Positions 45,458 to 46,584 of a stretch of 46,584 nt of DNA are shown one piece after another. This DNA is from Bacteroidales bacterium. GTDB lineage: Bacteria > Bacteroidota > Bacteroidia > Bacteroidales > UBA7960. Below the pieces are notes generated by a model. The model worked only from the letters and a program-made list of their open reading frames with translations, ran no database searches and had not been told where the DNA came from. How positions within the stretch are numbered: the stretch's first letter is position 1; each line of letters begins with the position of its first letter. The stretch is from positions 1 to 46,584 of the forward strand of contig SKUN01000020.1 of the NCBI GenBank assembly GCA_007129945.1. Direction: 5' to 3'. A program made the translations under genes and the position numbers.

Positions 45458-46477
45458 GTGGGCACTATCGAAACAGGGATTCACAGGCAAAGCATTCGCA
45501 TAGGGAAGGTTACCTTTTCTCAGCTGCCTTTGATACTGGCACCCATGGAAGACATTACAGATCCGCCTTTCCGGCAGTTATGCAAGGAGATGGGGGCTGA
45601 CTGGGTGTACACGGAGTTTATCTCTGCCGACGGGCTGATCAGGGATTCGGACAAAAGCCTGCATAAGCTGGACATTTACCCGGAGGAACGACCTGTCTCC
45701 ATCCAGCTTTTCGGCGCCCATACTGATGCAATGGTCGGGGCCGCAATGGCCGCAGAGGAAGCAGCCCCAGATTTTATTGACATTAATTTCGGATGCCCTG
45801 TTCGCAAGGTGGCCTCCAAAGGGGCCGGATCGGGGATTATGAATGACATCCCCAAAATGGAAGAAATGACCCGCAGGATTGTCAAAGCCGTTGACCTGCC
45901 CGTGACCGTAAAGACCCGCCTGGGGTATGACCGTGAGCGTCAACAGATTGTTGAGATCGCTGAGCGGCTGCAGGACTGCGGCATTGCCGCCCTGGCCATT
46001 CACGGGCGTACACGCTGCCAGATGTACCGGGGAACGGCTGACTGGAAATTAATAGGGGATGTCAAAAACAATGCGCGGATGCACATCCCCATCATCGGCA
46101 ACGGCGATATCTGTGACGGACCAGCTACGTTTGAAGCCTTTGAAAAGTACCAGGTGGACGGAGTGATGATCGGGAGGGCCTGCATTGGCAACCCATGGAT
46201 ATTCAGGGAGATCAGACACTATCTCTCTACCGGTGAACAGTTGCCTCCACCGGGACTAAAGGAGCGACTTGAAGTATGCCGCCGGCACATTGACCTTTCT
46301 GTAAAATGGAAGGGAGAAAAGACCGCACTGTACGAAATGCGCAAACATTACAGCAATTATTTCAGGGGAATCCCCGGCTTCAAGCCTTATCGTGTCAGGC
46401 TGGTAACCGCCGGTTCGCTGGATGAATTGCACCAGGTATTGAATGACATTGAACATGCATTTGTGCCAAACCAATGA
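45458..46477 (+). CDS. dusB: tRNA dihydrouridine synthase DusB
   Basis: LAPMEDIT, IQLFG, DINFGCP, PVTVKTRLG, IHGRT, IGNGD and GVMIGR motifs. Start uncertain (in-frame GTG at 45458). Confidence 0.92.
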   Translation: MGTIETGIHRQSIRIGKVTFSQLPLILAPMEDITDPPFRQLCKEMGADWVYTEFISADGLIRDSDKSLHKLDIYPEERPVSIQLFGAHTDAMVGAAMAAEEAAPDFIDINFGCPVRKVASKGAGSGIMNDIPKMEEMTRRIVKAVDLPVTVKTRLGYDRERQQIVEIAERLQDCGIAALAIHGRTRCQMYRGTADWKLIGDVKNNARMHIPIIGNGDICDGPATFEAFEKYQVDGVMIGRACIGNPWIFREIRHYLSTGEQLPPPGLKERLEVCRRHIDLSVKWKGEKTALYEMRKHYSNYFRGIPGFKPYRVRLVTAGSLDELHQVLNDIEHAFVPNQ

Positions 46478-46584
46478 CCTTTCGGACTCATTCGCTGCCT
46501 GCTTCTATGGTGGGTTCAGAAATCAATAAAGGCAAGTGTAGAATTCATCATGCACGGCAACCCGCATCCTTTATCAGGCCTTTA

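Overview
A 46.6 kb stretch of core chromosome from a Bacteroidota (probably Bacteroidales-like anaerobe). The assignment rests on TAnnTTTG -7 promoter boxes in front of many genes and on typical gene families. About 35 CDSs are present, and I see no tRNA, rRNA, IS element, prophage or CRISPR-Cas. Main blocks: (i) TPR lipoprotein, deoxynucleoside kinase, folK, sppA, alkaline phosphatase; (ii) a Mo/W-cofactor locus (wtpBC-like ABC genes divergent from moeB-moeA-moaA-[APC/EIIA/RCK_C transporter]-moaC-[MOSC-MogA fusion]) with no moaD, moaE or binding-protein gene in the window; (iii) fhs, M1 aminopeptidase, pabB; (iv) an amidohydrolase / Wzx-like flippase / AAC(3)-like gene trio; (v) korAB with a small ferredoxin missed by the ORF track, tatC, pruA, ansA, tatD, kbl, tdh; (vi) dnaX split by an A10 run, an M16 peptidase pair, yihY, a CPBP protease and dusB. 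The most unusual non-coding feature is a ~460 bp element between tatD and ansA. It holds seven GC-rich mini-hairpins with variable but fully paired stems, and every minus-strand loop is C-(GNA/GNNA)-G. The hairpins sit in GTTAGTT heptamer linkers, and these face an inverted AACCAAC/AACTAAC repeat module that overlaps the 3' end of tatD.
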